Shown here one piece after another: positions 55,703-64,000 of a DNA stretch of 64,000 nt. Position numbers and translations under genes: made by a program. The notes beneath the pieces were generated by a model. The model was given only the letters and a program-made list of their open reading frames with translations, ran no database searches and was not told the origin of the DNA. The DNA lies in the NCBI GenBank assembly GCA_963665115.1, contig OY762007.1, forward strand, positions 8,576,001 to 8,640,000, written 5' to 3'. Positions within the stretch are counted from its first letter, which is position 1. The number at the start of each line of letters is the position of its first letter. Origin of the DNA: an uncultured Rivularia sp. (GTDB lineage Bacteria; Cyanobacteriota; Cyanobacteriia; Cyanobacteriales; Nostocaceae).

Positions 55703-56003
55703 AAGTAAGAAAAGTAAGTTTATTTTTGTAATTTTATTCAATCAAAACACCTGAAAATATTTGTATTTTTAATTTCGATTTATGTGCCAAAATATTAAGA
55801 ACAATGAATTGACAAATAGTATTATTTTAGGTTAGATATATAATAATGAATCGAGGGGTAAATCAAAAAGTATTACTATTAAACCTTCGGAAGTTATGAA
55901 TGTCTAAATAATTCTGTAGTAATTTGAGAAAAATATATGACTTGGAGAAGGTAATACTAATAAGGTTGGGATTCATCAGATGACTTCTACCCAAACTTGA
56001 ACA
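55703..56003 (+). promoter_or_regulatory. Duplicated ~300-bp leader, copy B (right arm of cluster)
   Basis: Inverted copy of 54291-54588. Confidence 0.8.
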
Positions 56004-56033
56004 AGATATAGAGGAAGATGCAATTGTCCCCAA

Positions 56034-56384
56034 TTAGATAATACGGGTAAAGTCAAACTGCAACTTAAGGGTAGAAAAGAGGCTGAGTGTCTCAAAGATG
56101 GCGATAGCGTAAAAATCCGTTCTCTGGAAACGCTTTTGGGAGACTATAATATTTTAGCTGCTTTTTCCGATAGCTATGATTGCTATTACTGGCAGGATGG
56201 TTATAACCCTTTGACGCAAAGCTGGATTATTTTAATGGTTTTTAGTGATGGGGATGAATTTTACATTACTAACTTTTCTTACCTAAATCAGAGACTGGCA
56301 ATCGACAGGATAAATTATGGCTATATAACTACTAAAGAAAATTCTTTAGATAGGTGCATTATTGAAAGCGCTGATAATAAGTAA
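56034..56384 (+). pseudogene. Probable remnant of a hypothetical gene
   Basis: Open frame of about 115 codons (LDNTGKVKLQLKG...DCYYWQDGY...) without a convincing start. Confidence 0.35.
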
Positions 56385-56853
56385 CCTGTAATCGAATCTA
56401 ATATCAGCAATCCTGCTTCTGTCTTTGGTTTATCTTTTGCATCGGAAAATGCATCGGATAAAGGTGTAATTCTTTGGACTAGGGTTCATCCAAAAGTTTA
56501 CGCAAACCAAGAGTCTTTTGAGTATCAGGTTTGTGATAATCAGAAGGTTTATGTCGATTTCGATAATTGTTTGGAAATGGGTAATACTTATTATTGGTTA
56601 GTTTATAAGGGAATATTTAGTAAGGTTGGTTGCTGTCAAATTTTGAGGAAACATGATGTAGATATGAACAAGTTTCGTTTAGCAATTTTGACTTTTAGAA
56701 TGTGATGAAATTGTATTTATAATTGGTTATTTTGAGAAAAAAGACTGGATTCAAAATAATTTTTTTTAAAAGTAAAAGGTCTTACTGATAGACCTATACA
56801 TAGGCAAGTAAATAAATATTAAGATTATCTAGAAGTTTAAAATTAAAATAAAA

Positions 56854-57135
56854 ATGAATGAAGCATTAAAAGAATTAGAAAAATCTATGCGTCGTGTGGA
56901 AATAAAGAAACTATGGCAACTAAAAAACTCAGGAATTTGTCTTTCTGAAATGCTCAAACTAAGTTTTAGTTTTATGGCTCATGCTATGGAAAGTTGTGAT
57001 TATCGCTTTTTAAATACAGCACTGAAGTTAAACGATAGGTTGCGCTCGGAATACCCGAGTATAAAAGAACTTCCCAAAATTGAAGAGTATGAATGTTATT
57101 GCTTAGAAACCGTAAAAAATAGATTAGGAATTTGA
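56854..57135 (+). CDS. Small hypothetical protein coupled to the formyltransferase gene
   Basis: 93 aa containing DYRFLNTALKLND; stop lies 2 nt before the next ATG. Confidence 0.7.
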   Translation: MNEALKELEKSMRRVEIKKLWQLKNSGICLSEMLKLSFSFMAHAMESCDYRFLNTALKLNDRLRSEYPSIKELPKIEEYECYCLETVKNRLGI

Positions 57136-57137
57136 TA

Positions 57138-59405
57138 ATGAAATTTTGTTTATTATCATCTCCACCTTTGGTAACTATCCATATTATTTATCAAGCGCAA
57201 GTTCAAGGTCTTAAATTTGCTGATGTTGTAATTGTAGGTGATGGAGGTCAACAATATAACCTTTTGCGCGAGTATGCCCGTAGCGATCGCTTTAACTTGC
57301 ACTTTATCGAAGATCCTAACAGTAATGAAGGTTTGGCTTTAATGAAAGCAATTGCGCCAGATGTTTTAGCTGTAAATGTTTTAAACATTTTACGTAAACC
57401 AATACTAGAAATTCCCAAAGTTGCTACAGTAAATATTCATACAGGTATATTGCCCCAGTATCGTGGTTTAGAAAGTAGACGTTGGGCAATTCTTGAAGGA
57501 GGACAAGTAGGTGTCAGTGCCCACCTAGTTGATGAGGGTTTAGATACGGGTGAAATTCTGATCAAAAGGGAACTGGAGTTACAGCCAGGAGACACTATAG
57601 AAACAGTTACATCTCGCAATTACTACACTAATAAATGGCAAGTATTTATTGAAGCTTTGCTTAAGGTAAAACGTGGCGAGGTAAAAGGTATTAAACAGCA
57701 ACTAAATGAAGGTAAGCAATACTTCATTATGCATCCTAAATTAGCCAAAGTTGTTGATTTAATTTTGGAGTCGAGAGAGAATCCGTCAGTGTCCTCAAAA
57801 TCAACTAATAAAAGAAAACACATGAAAAAAAACTGTGAGTTGGTTCAAGGAAAAGCTAATCGTTGGCTTCCAGCTAGTGCTTTAACTTGGTGCGATGGTA
57901 GGCAAGGATTTGAAACTTATTTTGAACACGTAACTAAATTTCGACGGGCTGTTAGCAAATTAGTAGATAGGGCTGGTGGCAAAGCAATACTAAAAATGTG
58001 CGATGTTTCTCATCCAGCAACACCGGAGAATATAACAAATGTAGTTGAATCTGCTTTAAGTAAACATATCAACAGTGATATACAAACTAGTTTGATAAAA
58101 AGCTTAAAAATCAAAGAACATCAGCCACAACAGGCAAGAGAGGCAATCGCAGCTATTCTTAACCAGCGTATCGAGAGTGCTGTATCTGAGTCGGAAGTAC
58201 TCATTCTCTATGGTAGTTCAATGCAGTGGCTAGATATCGTTTTTAGACAAGCGATTGTTAAATCCCTCCATGATGACTTTCAAAATTATGGTTACGCCAA
58301 ACAGCCAATCGTGCTTGCACCTGCTGGTTCTTTTAAATGTGGGGGATATTTCCCTCACGCCAATGGCAGCAAAATTCATTACATAAATACACAACTATCG
58401 AACAACTATAAACTGACAGCAGATTTACTAGACCAAACAATTCAAGAGGTAGAAGCTGACGGAAGTAAGAAAGTAGTTTGTTTTGTATTGGAAACACCAA
58501 CAGCCCTTGGGCAGAATTTTACTAAGCCAGAATTATTCCAAATTGCCCAAGTTCTTGCTCAATATCCACATATTCTTTGGTTGCAAGATGGTTATAATCT
58601 TGGCACTGAACATGATGGCATTTTAAATCCTTCCCTCGCAGATTGTTCGGAAATCGCCATGCAAGGCTGTACTATATCTTCCTTCCGAAGGGACTGGGGT
58701 GGTGCTGCAACAATTGCTAATGTTAGTGCTTTTCATACTTTTAACCAGTTGCTACTAAATGAAATTAGCAAGCAATGTTCTGAAACTTATTTCTATACAC
58801 ATCTGCCGTTTTCGGAAGCACAGCTAATTGTGACTAATGCCATTGCCGAAGCAATGAAAAATTCTAGCTTTCCTCAAGAAAGCCAAATATATTTTAAACA
58901 GCAGTTAGCAGAATATGCAGGTTGTGTTGAAAAAACCAATGACCATATTAATAAAATATTAGGAACGCAAAATGTAAAATATATCTATACAATAAAACCT
59001 CAAGCAGGGCAATTTGGCTTCTTATTTTTTAATAAAGGTACTACCGATAAATCAGGTGCAACCAGCAGTACCAAAATAGCCGAACTGATGTGTCTGTACG
59101 AAGGTTGTCGCGTTATGCCTACTTTACTTGACCCAATGGGAATCGGTAAAGACCCAGTTGGTATTCGCATTAATGTAGCGATGTCGAAAAATCCTGAAAA
59201 AAATCTTCAAATTATACATGAAGCTTTAGATAGGATTGGTAACACGGTTATCCAGATGGAAAAAGGACTAATTTCCTACAACCAATTTGCTCCATTAGCA
59301 GAAAAATTACGGAAATACGATCGTTTAGACTACTCAGATGAACTTATATCTAAAATGGGTTTACAGCCATCCGAACACCAAGATTTAGTGTCACAAATTA
59401 ACTGA
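57138..59405 (+). CDS. Formyltransferase fused to a class I/II aminotransferase-like domain
   Basis: NIHTGILPQYRG and HLVDEGLDTG (formyltransferase); LETPTALG, LQDGY, SSFRR, PQAGQF, GIRINV (fold-type I PLP-like). Confidence 0.78.
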   Translation: MKFCLLSSPPLVTIHIIYQAQVQGLKFADVVIVGDGGQQYNLLREYARSDRFNLHFIEDPNSNEGLALMKAIAPDVLAVNVLNILRKPILEIPKVATVNIHTGILPQYRGLESRRWAILEGGQVGVSAHLVDEGLDTGEILIKRELELQPGDTIETVTSRNYYTNKWQVFIEALLKVKRGEVKGIKQQLNEGKQYFIMHPKLAKVVDLILESRENPSVSSKSTNKRKHMKKNCELVQGKANRWLPASALTWCDGRQGFETYFEHVTKFRRAVSKLVDRAGGKAILKMCDVSHPATPENITNVVESALSKHINSDIQTSLIKSLKIKEHQPQQAREAIAAILNQRIESAVSESEVLILYGSSMQWLDIVFRQAIVKSLHDDFQNYGYAKQPIVLAPAGSFKCGGYFPHANGSKIHYINTQLSNNYKLTADLLDQTIQEVEADGSKKVVCFVLETPTALGQNFTKPELFQIAQVLAQYPHILWLQDGYNLGTEHDGILNPSLADCSEIAMQGCTISSFRRDWGGAATIANVSAFHTFNQLLLNEISKQCSETYFYTHLPFSEAQLIVTNAIAEAMKNSSFPQESQIYFKQQLAEYAGCVEKTNDHINKILGTQNVKYIYTIKPQAGQFGFLFFNKGTTDKSGATSSTKIAELMCLYEGCRVMPTLLDPMGIGKDPVGIRINVAMSKNPEKNLQIIHEALDRIGNTVIQMEKGLISYNQFAPLAEKLRKYDRLDYSDELISKMGLQPSEHQDLVSQIN

Positions 59406-59429
59406 CGATTTACCCGGATTTATTACTAA

Positions 59430-60383
59430 ATGAAAACTCCAAAACTTGATTTAGAAATAGGTAAAGGTGTCTGCGAACAGAAGCAAATAATTACTTACGA
59501 CCCGAAAAGTAACGTTGATTATCAGTCCTTAAAAGCTGGCACAATAGTAAAATATCGTCTAAGTAATGACTTAGATATACTATTAGAAACCCATCCCAAT
59601 GCTTGGACACCTTCTTCGCTTTTCTCTCTCACTATGTGCGAGCTGATAGCCAGTGATAATTGCACCGAGAAGGTAGTAATGGATTTTGCTGGTGGCTCGG
59701 GTATGTTTGGTATAGTTGCTGGTAAATGCGGTGCAGCTAAAGTAATTTGTACTGAGTTGAACCCTTATAGCGTTTCTTTACAAATGCGTAATTGGGAATT
59801 AAATGGTCTTAACCCAAAGGATTTCCAAAGCTTTGAGTCTAACTGCTTTGCTGCTATTAAGGGAAATCAGGAAATCGAAGGTAAAGTTGACCGTATTTAC
59901 CTAAATCCTCCTGCACTTCCTGACACCGAAGAAAATTTGCAAGCAAGACTTAAGTTTGCTCATCAGTTTCGGGGTGGAGAGTGGAATCGTAATGGTGAAC
60001 GCGGCAGGTTGGTGATGGATACGTTAATTACGCAGGGAAGTTCCTATCTTGCGCCCGGAGGAGAAATTCTTTTTATCGCTACTAGTAAAAACGGTCCCCG
60101 ACTAACCTGTAAGTTAATGGAGCAACACTGGGGTAAAGGAATTCAAAATGATGGTGACAATCCTTTAAACTATTTTATTGATTGGAAAGAACGAGGTGAT
60201 GCAAGTTGGGCAGTTATCCGTAAGATTAATGTTCCCTTAGCTAACTATCACAACGATTTTATCCAAAACTATCAAAAACTAGCAGATAAGCAAGGAGAAC
60301 CATCACCCTTCTTGGAAGAAGATGGAAAGCTCTATCAGCAGTTGTATTTTATCCGTGCCAAGAAACCGTTGACGCACTCCTAA
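59430..60383 (+). CDS. Class I SAM-dependent methyltransferase (NPP motif, N-methyltransferase-like)
   Basis: VMDFAGGSG, TELNP, YLNPP, LAPGG. Confidence 0.88.
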   Translation: MKTPKLDLEIGKGVCEQKQIITYDPKSNVDYQSLKAGTIVKYRLSNDLDILLETHPNAWTPSSLFSLTMCELIASDNCTEKVVMDFAGGSGMFGIVAGKCGAAKVICTELNPYSVSLQMRNWELNGLNPKDFQSFESNCFAAIKGNQEIEGKVDRIYLNPPALPDTEENLQARLKFAHQFRGGEWNRNGERGRLVMDTLITQGSSYLAPGGEILFIATSKNGPRLTCKLMEQHWGKGIQNDGDNPLNYFIDWKERGDASWAVIRKINVPLANYHNDFIQNYQKLADKQGEPSPFLEEDGKLYQQLYFIRAKKPLTHS

Positions 60384-60419
60384 ATTTTGCTAGAAACCTG
60401 GTTTTTTCAATTAAAAAAC

Positions 60420-61106
60420 ATGAATTCTTCAATACAAACAATATCTATTGCTGAAAAAATCGCACAAATTCGCCAAGAATTAACAACTGATGTGCGTTTG
60501 ATTGCAATTTCCAAACAAGTATCAGTTGAAAAAATGCGGGAAGCTTATGCTGCGGGGATTAGAGATTTTGGAGAGAATCGTATACAGGAGGCTGTGACTA
60601 AACAGGAAAATCTGCAAGATTTAAAGGACATCTGTTGGCATTTTGTTGGTCACTTACAAAAAAATAAAGCCAAGCAAGTTTTAGAATCTATGAATTGGAT
60701 TCATTCCGTTGACGATTTAAAATTGCTACAGCGTCTAAATAGATTATCAGGTGAAGAAAAAACTGGGCGACCTAAAGTTTGTCTGCAAGTTAAAATTTTA
60801 CCCGACCCGAATAAATATGGCTGGTCAGTTGATGAAATATTAACAGCTTTGCCAGATTTAGAAGCGTGCGAATATTTGGATATTCAAGGATTAATGACGA
60901 TTCTTCCGTTGGGATTATCAAATGCAGAAATTTTTGATGCTTTTGTCGAAACGGGAAAATTGAAGGACAAAATTAATCAAAATAGCAAGTTGCAATTAAA
61001 AGAATTATCTATGGGTATGTCTGGCGATTATTTATTAGCAGTTAAAGCCGGAGCTACAATGGTTCGTTTGGGAAGAACCATTTTTGGTGAAAGGCAATAT
61101 ACCTAA
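60420..61106 (+). CDS. yggS: PLP homeostasis protein YggS/PipY (PLPBP)
   Basis: LIAISKQ, FGENRIQEA, WHFVGHLQKNK, GLMTI, LSMGMSGDY, GATMVRLG. Confidence 0.95.
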   Translation: MNSSIQTISIAEKIAQIRQELTTDVRLIAISKQVSVEKMREAYAAGIRDFGENRIQEAVTKQENLQDLKDICWHFVGHLQKNKAKQVLESMNWIHSVDDLKLLQRLNRLSGEEKTGRPKVCLQVKILPDPNKYGWSVDEILTALPDLEACEYLDIQGLMTILPLGLSNAEIFDAFVETGKLKDKINQNSKLQLKELSMGMSGDYLLAVKAGATMVRLGRTIFGERQYT

Positions 61107-61154
61107 ACAGATAATTTGTAAAAATACACTCACGACAAATAAAAACAAGCAGCA

Positions 61155-61520
61155 ATGTCAAATCAAACAACATCAAATCCAACAAAAATAAATACATCTA
61201 TTGCTGAAAATTTCAAATGGGGAACTGGTTGTAATGGATGGCATTTATTAAAGAGTGACGATTTGAGTATCGTAGAAGAAATTATGCCTCCTGGCAGCAA
61301 AGGAGTTGAGCATTACCACGAAATTGCCAAACAATTTTTCTATATAATTGAAGGAGAAGCATCTCTTGTAATTGATAAAAAAGAACACCTTTTGAAAAGT
61401 GGTGATGGGATGCTCGTATCTCCAGGATTGCTACATCAAATTAGAAATAAATCAAGCAATGACCTGCATTTTTTAGCCGTCTCTTCGCCGGAATGTTTTA
61501 AAGATAAAGTCTCTCAATAA
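61155..61520 (+). CDS. Cupin domain protein
   Basis: EEIMPPG..HYH...QFFYIIEG...PGLLHQI. Confidence 0.9.
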   Translation: MSNQTTSNPTKINTSIAENFKWGTGCNGWHLLKSDDLSIVEEIMPPGSKGVEHYHEIAKQFFYIIEGEASLVIDKKEHLLKSGDGMLVSPGLLHQIRNKSSNDLHFLAVSSPECFKDKVSQ

Positions 61521-61563
61521 GTCAGATAAATTTGGGTTAATTCTTCACGAATTAAAAATCACA

Positions 61564-63001
61564 ATGCACTCTTGGATTACCATTGTCACATTCGCATTTT
61601 TTCTAGTAGTTTTCTTATGGATTGGCGCTCTTGCAGCCAAATTCTCTAGTAAGACGGAAGGTGATTACTTATTAGGAAACCGTTCCTTTGGAAAGTTCTT
61701 TTTAGGACTAAGCACGGGTGCCACAGTTAATAGCGGATGGATTATGGTGGGGGCAGTAGGAACGGCTTATACAATGGGAATGTCAGCCCTATTGATGATT
61801 TTCCCCTTATTTTTGGGAGAGCTTACTTTTTGGATTTTATTTCCGGATAAAGTTAACCAAATATCCGTCGAACAAGATGTGCAAACCGTTCCAGAATTCC
61901 TTGGAGCTACCGTCAAAGCTCCTAGCAAACAAAGGGCGATCGCACTGGTTGTGGCTTTAATTAGCGTCGTGTTTATCGGTGCTTTGACTGCTGCCCAGTT
62001 TTCTGCTGCTGCCAAAACATTGGATATCTTTTTTGGAGTTAACCGCAATATTGGCACAATTATCGCTGCAAGCTGCATTCTGCCTTACTGCGTTAGTGGA
62101 GGACTCCGAGCATCCATTTGGACGGATGTTGTGCAGGCTTTTATCGTGATGATTATTTGCTTTGGAATACTACCCGTAGCATTAATCGCAGGGGGTGGGA
62201 TTTCAGAAGTTTTTTCCCAACTCAATACCATAAATCCGCAATTAACAAGTCTGACCACAGGATTTACCAACCTGACGTTACTTACTTATGGACTCGGATG
62301 GTTTGCTTTTGGTTTTGCTTCCAATCTTAGTAAGCCTCAAGTGTTAGTAAGATTGTTAGCAGGGAGAAGTCCGCAAGAAGCGAAACAAGCTGGTTGGGTG
62401 TATCTGGCTTACGAGTATTCGACTTGGATTGCAATGGTCTTGTTTGGCATGGTTTGCCGAGTTTTAATCCCTAACCTTGACGACCCCCGAACAAGCTTTA
62501 CCTACTTATGCGGCACAAAATTTCAATCCGATGCTAATTGGCATTATTTTAGCTGGTATTTTCTCCGCGATTGCCTCAACTGCCGATTCTTTACTCTTGG
62601 TTTGTTCGAGTGCCTTAGCTAGAGATATTTCTCCTAATTTGTATCGGAAAATGTCTCGAAGATATGGTGTTAAATACGAGCAAGCCATGACGCTTCTGTT
62701 TGGAATTTTAGCCGTACCTGTGGCGATATTTATCTCCAGCACTGTGTTCTCCTTGGTTCTTTTTTCTGGAGGTGCTTTAGGAGGTTCTCTTGGTCCGGCA
62801 ATGCTGATTGCTTTACTTAAAAGACCTACTCATTATATTGCTTTGAATAGCATGATGTTAGGAGGATTGGCGACAACTATTATCTGGAGAATTTTAGGAT
62901 ACAATCAAATTCTCAACGAGGTTTTCCCAGGATTTATTATGGCTTTATTAATACACGAGATATTGATACGCACGGTTTGTAAAAGGATGGCATCTTATTG
63001 A
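61564..63001 (+). CDS. Sodium:solute symporter, paralog of 45051..46469 (apparent +1 frameshift at 62484-62488)
   Basis: GGLRASIWTDVVQ, ASTADS; removing one C restores DDPEQALP, identical to the paralog. Confidence 0.92.
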
Positions 63002-63122
63002 AAATTAGCCATAAAAAGTAGTTTTTCAACACTTTATTAATCGAAATAATCAATCTTATTAGCTTGATTATTCTTATCCCTTAGAAGTCAGATTTTTAGT
63101 TAAAGAGGAGCAGCCAAATCAA

Positions 63123-64000
63123 ATGTTTACCATACATCAATTAGTTGAACAACAGGCAAATCTTACACCATCTGCTATTGCTTTAGTTGGCGAAGATAAA
63201 CAGCTAACCTATCACCAACTTAATAGTAAAGCAAACCAACTCGCTAACCATTTACGTTCATTGGGAGTTAAAAAAGAAACTCTAGTAGGAATTTACGTTG
63301 AGCGTAGCTTAGAAACAGTGGTCGGAATGTTAGGAGTGCTTAAAGCAGGAGGTGCTTACGTCACAATAGATAATTCATATCCGCCTGAATATTTGCAATA
63401 CGTACTTTTAGATACGAAGTTATCTGTATTGCTAACTCAAGACAAACTTGTAGAATCAATTCCAGACCATGAAGGACATATCATTCGCTTGGATAAAGAT
63501 TGGCAAGAAATAGCAAAACAATCTGAAACGACTCCTGCAAATATCGTAGAACCAAACAATCTGGCTTATATTACCTATACTTCTGGTACAACTGGCGGAC
63601 CTAAAGGGGTAATGCTTACTCATCAAGGCGTATGCCAATGCTGGCGTTGGTTTCAAGATAGTTTCCCTTTAAACCAGAACGATAAGGTTATGCTAAAAAC
63701 TGGTCTTGGCATTGACATTTCTAGCAGATGGGAGTCTTTTTGGCCGCTAATGAGTGGGGCTTGCGTCGTTGTAGCTAAACCCGACGGTCATAAAGACAAC
63801 GCTTACTTGGTTGAGTTAATAAAACGAGAGCAAATTACCATGCTCTATTTCATTCCAACCATACTGCGGCTATTTTTGGATGAACCAGGGGTAGAGACTT
63901 GCACCAGTCTTAAAAGAGTATTTTGTGGTGGCGGAGCTTTACATTTTACGCTAAAAGAAAACTTTTTCGGACGCTTGAGCAACTGCGAATTAATCGAAGT
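63123..64000 (+). CDS. NRPS adenylation domain protein starting directly with the A domain (continues beyond window)
   Basis: Own translation MFTIHQLVEQQA...LTYHQLNSKANQLA (A1), LKAGGAYV (A2), LAYITYTSGTTGGPKG (A3), GIDISSRWE (atypical A4). Confidence 0.93.
   Translation, partial: MFTIHQLVEQQANLTPSAIALVGEDKQLTYHQLNSKANQLANHLRSLGVKKETLVGIYVERSLETVVGMLGVLKAGGAYVTIDNSYPPEYLQYVLLDTKLSVLLTQDKLVESIPDHEGHIIRLDKDWQEIAKQSETTPANIVEPNNLAYITYTSGTTGGPKGVMLTHQGVCQCWRWFQDSFPLNQNDKVMLKTGLGIDISSRWESFWPLMSGACVVVAKPDGHKDNAYLVELIKREQITMLYFIPTILRLFLDEPGVETCTSLKRVFCGGGALHFTLKENFFGRLSNCELIE

Noticed and set aside
45051..64000. Saxitoxin, guanitoxin or cylindrospermopsin cluster
   Set aside because: Sulfotransferase, APS kinase and PhyH-fold genes are superficially similar, but no SxtA-like PKS, amidinotransferase, carbamoyltransferase or equivalent core genes are in the window

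Overview
AT-rich cyanobacterial DNA. About 20 HIP1 GCGATCGC sites, heptameric STRR-type repeats and cyanobacteriochrome GAF domains point to a filamentous Nostocales-like organism (inference). 1-34 kb is mostly housekeeping and signalling genes: NmrA/AraC, map, a five-GAF cyanobacteriochrome kinase, S9 peptidase, rbp, DUF1611 plus racemase, pentapeptide proteins, an LRR-Roc-COR-CHAT protein, photolyase and ftsH. These are interspersed with many MITE/REP-like elements and gene remnants. 35-44 kb is a co-oriented module: a catalytically degenerate class III cyclase fused to a globin, an MscS-cNMP channel, two PstS-like proteins and an SLH porin, with no pstCAB in the window. From 45 kb past the right edge lies a divergent two-armed biosynthetic cluster that I cannot match to a known pathway. 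It has two SyrB2-type Fe/2OG halogenase-like enzymes (HQA, HQS), an NRPS A domain, a PLP decarboxylase, a formyltransferase-aminotransferase fusion, a methyltransferase, a sulfotransferase-like protein, truncated cysC, DUF3326, a DUF6421-like protein, PLPBP, a cupin and two Na+:solute symporters. Both arms are preceded by the same ~300-bp leader in inverted orientation. Ten frameshifts all fall in G[AGT]CC(C) runs and are probably sequencing errors. No rRNA, tRNA or CRISPR array was recognised. All family calls come from motif reading by eye, not database searches.
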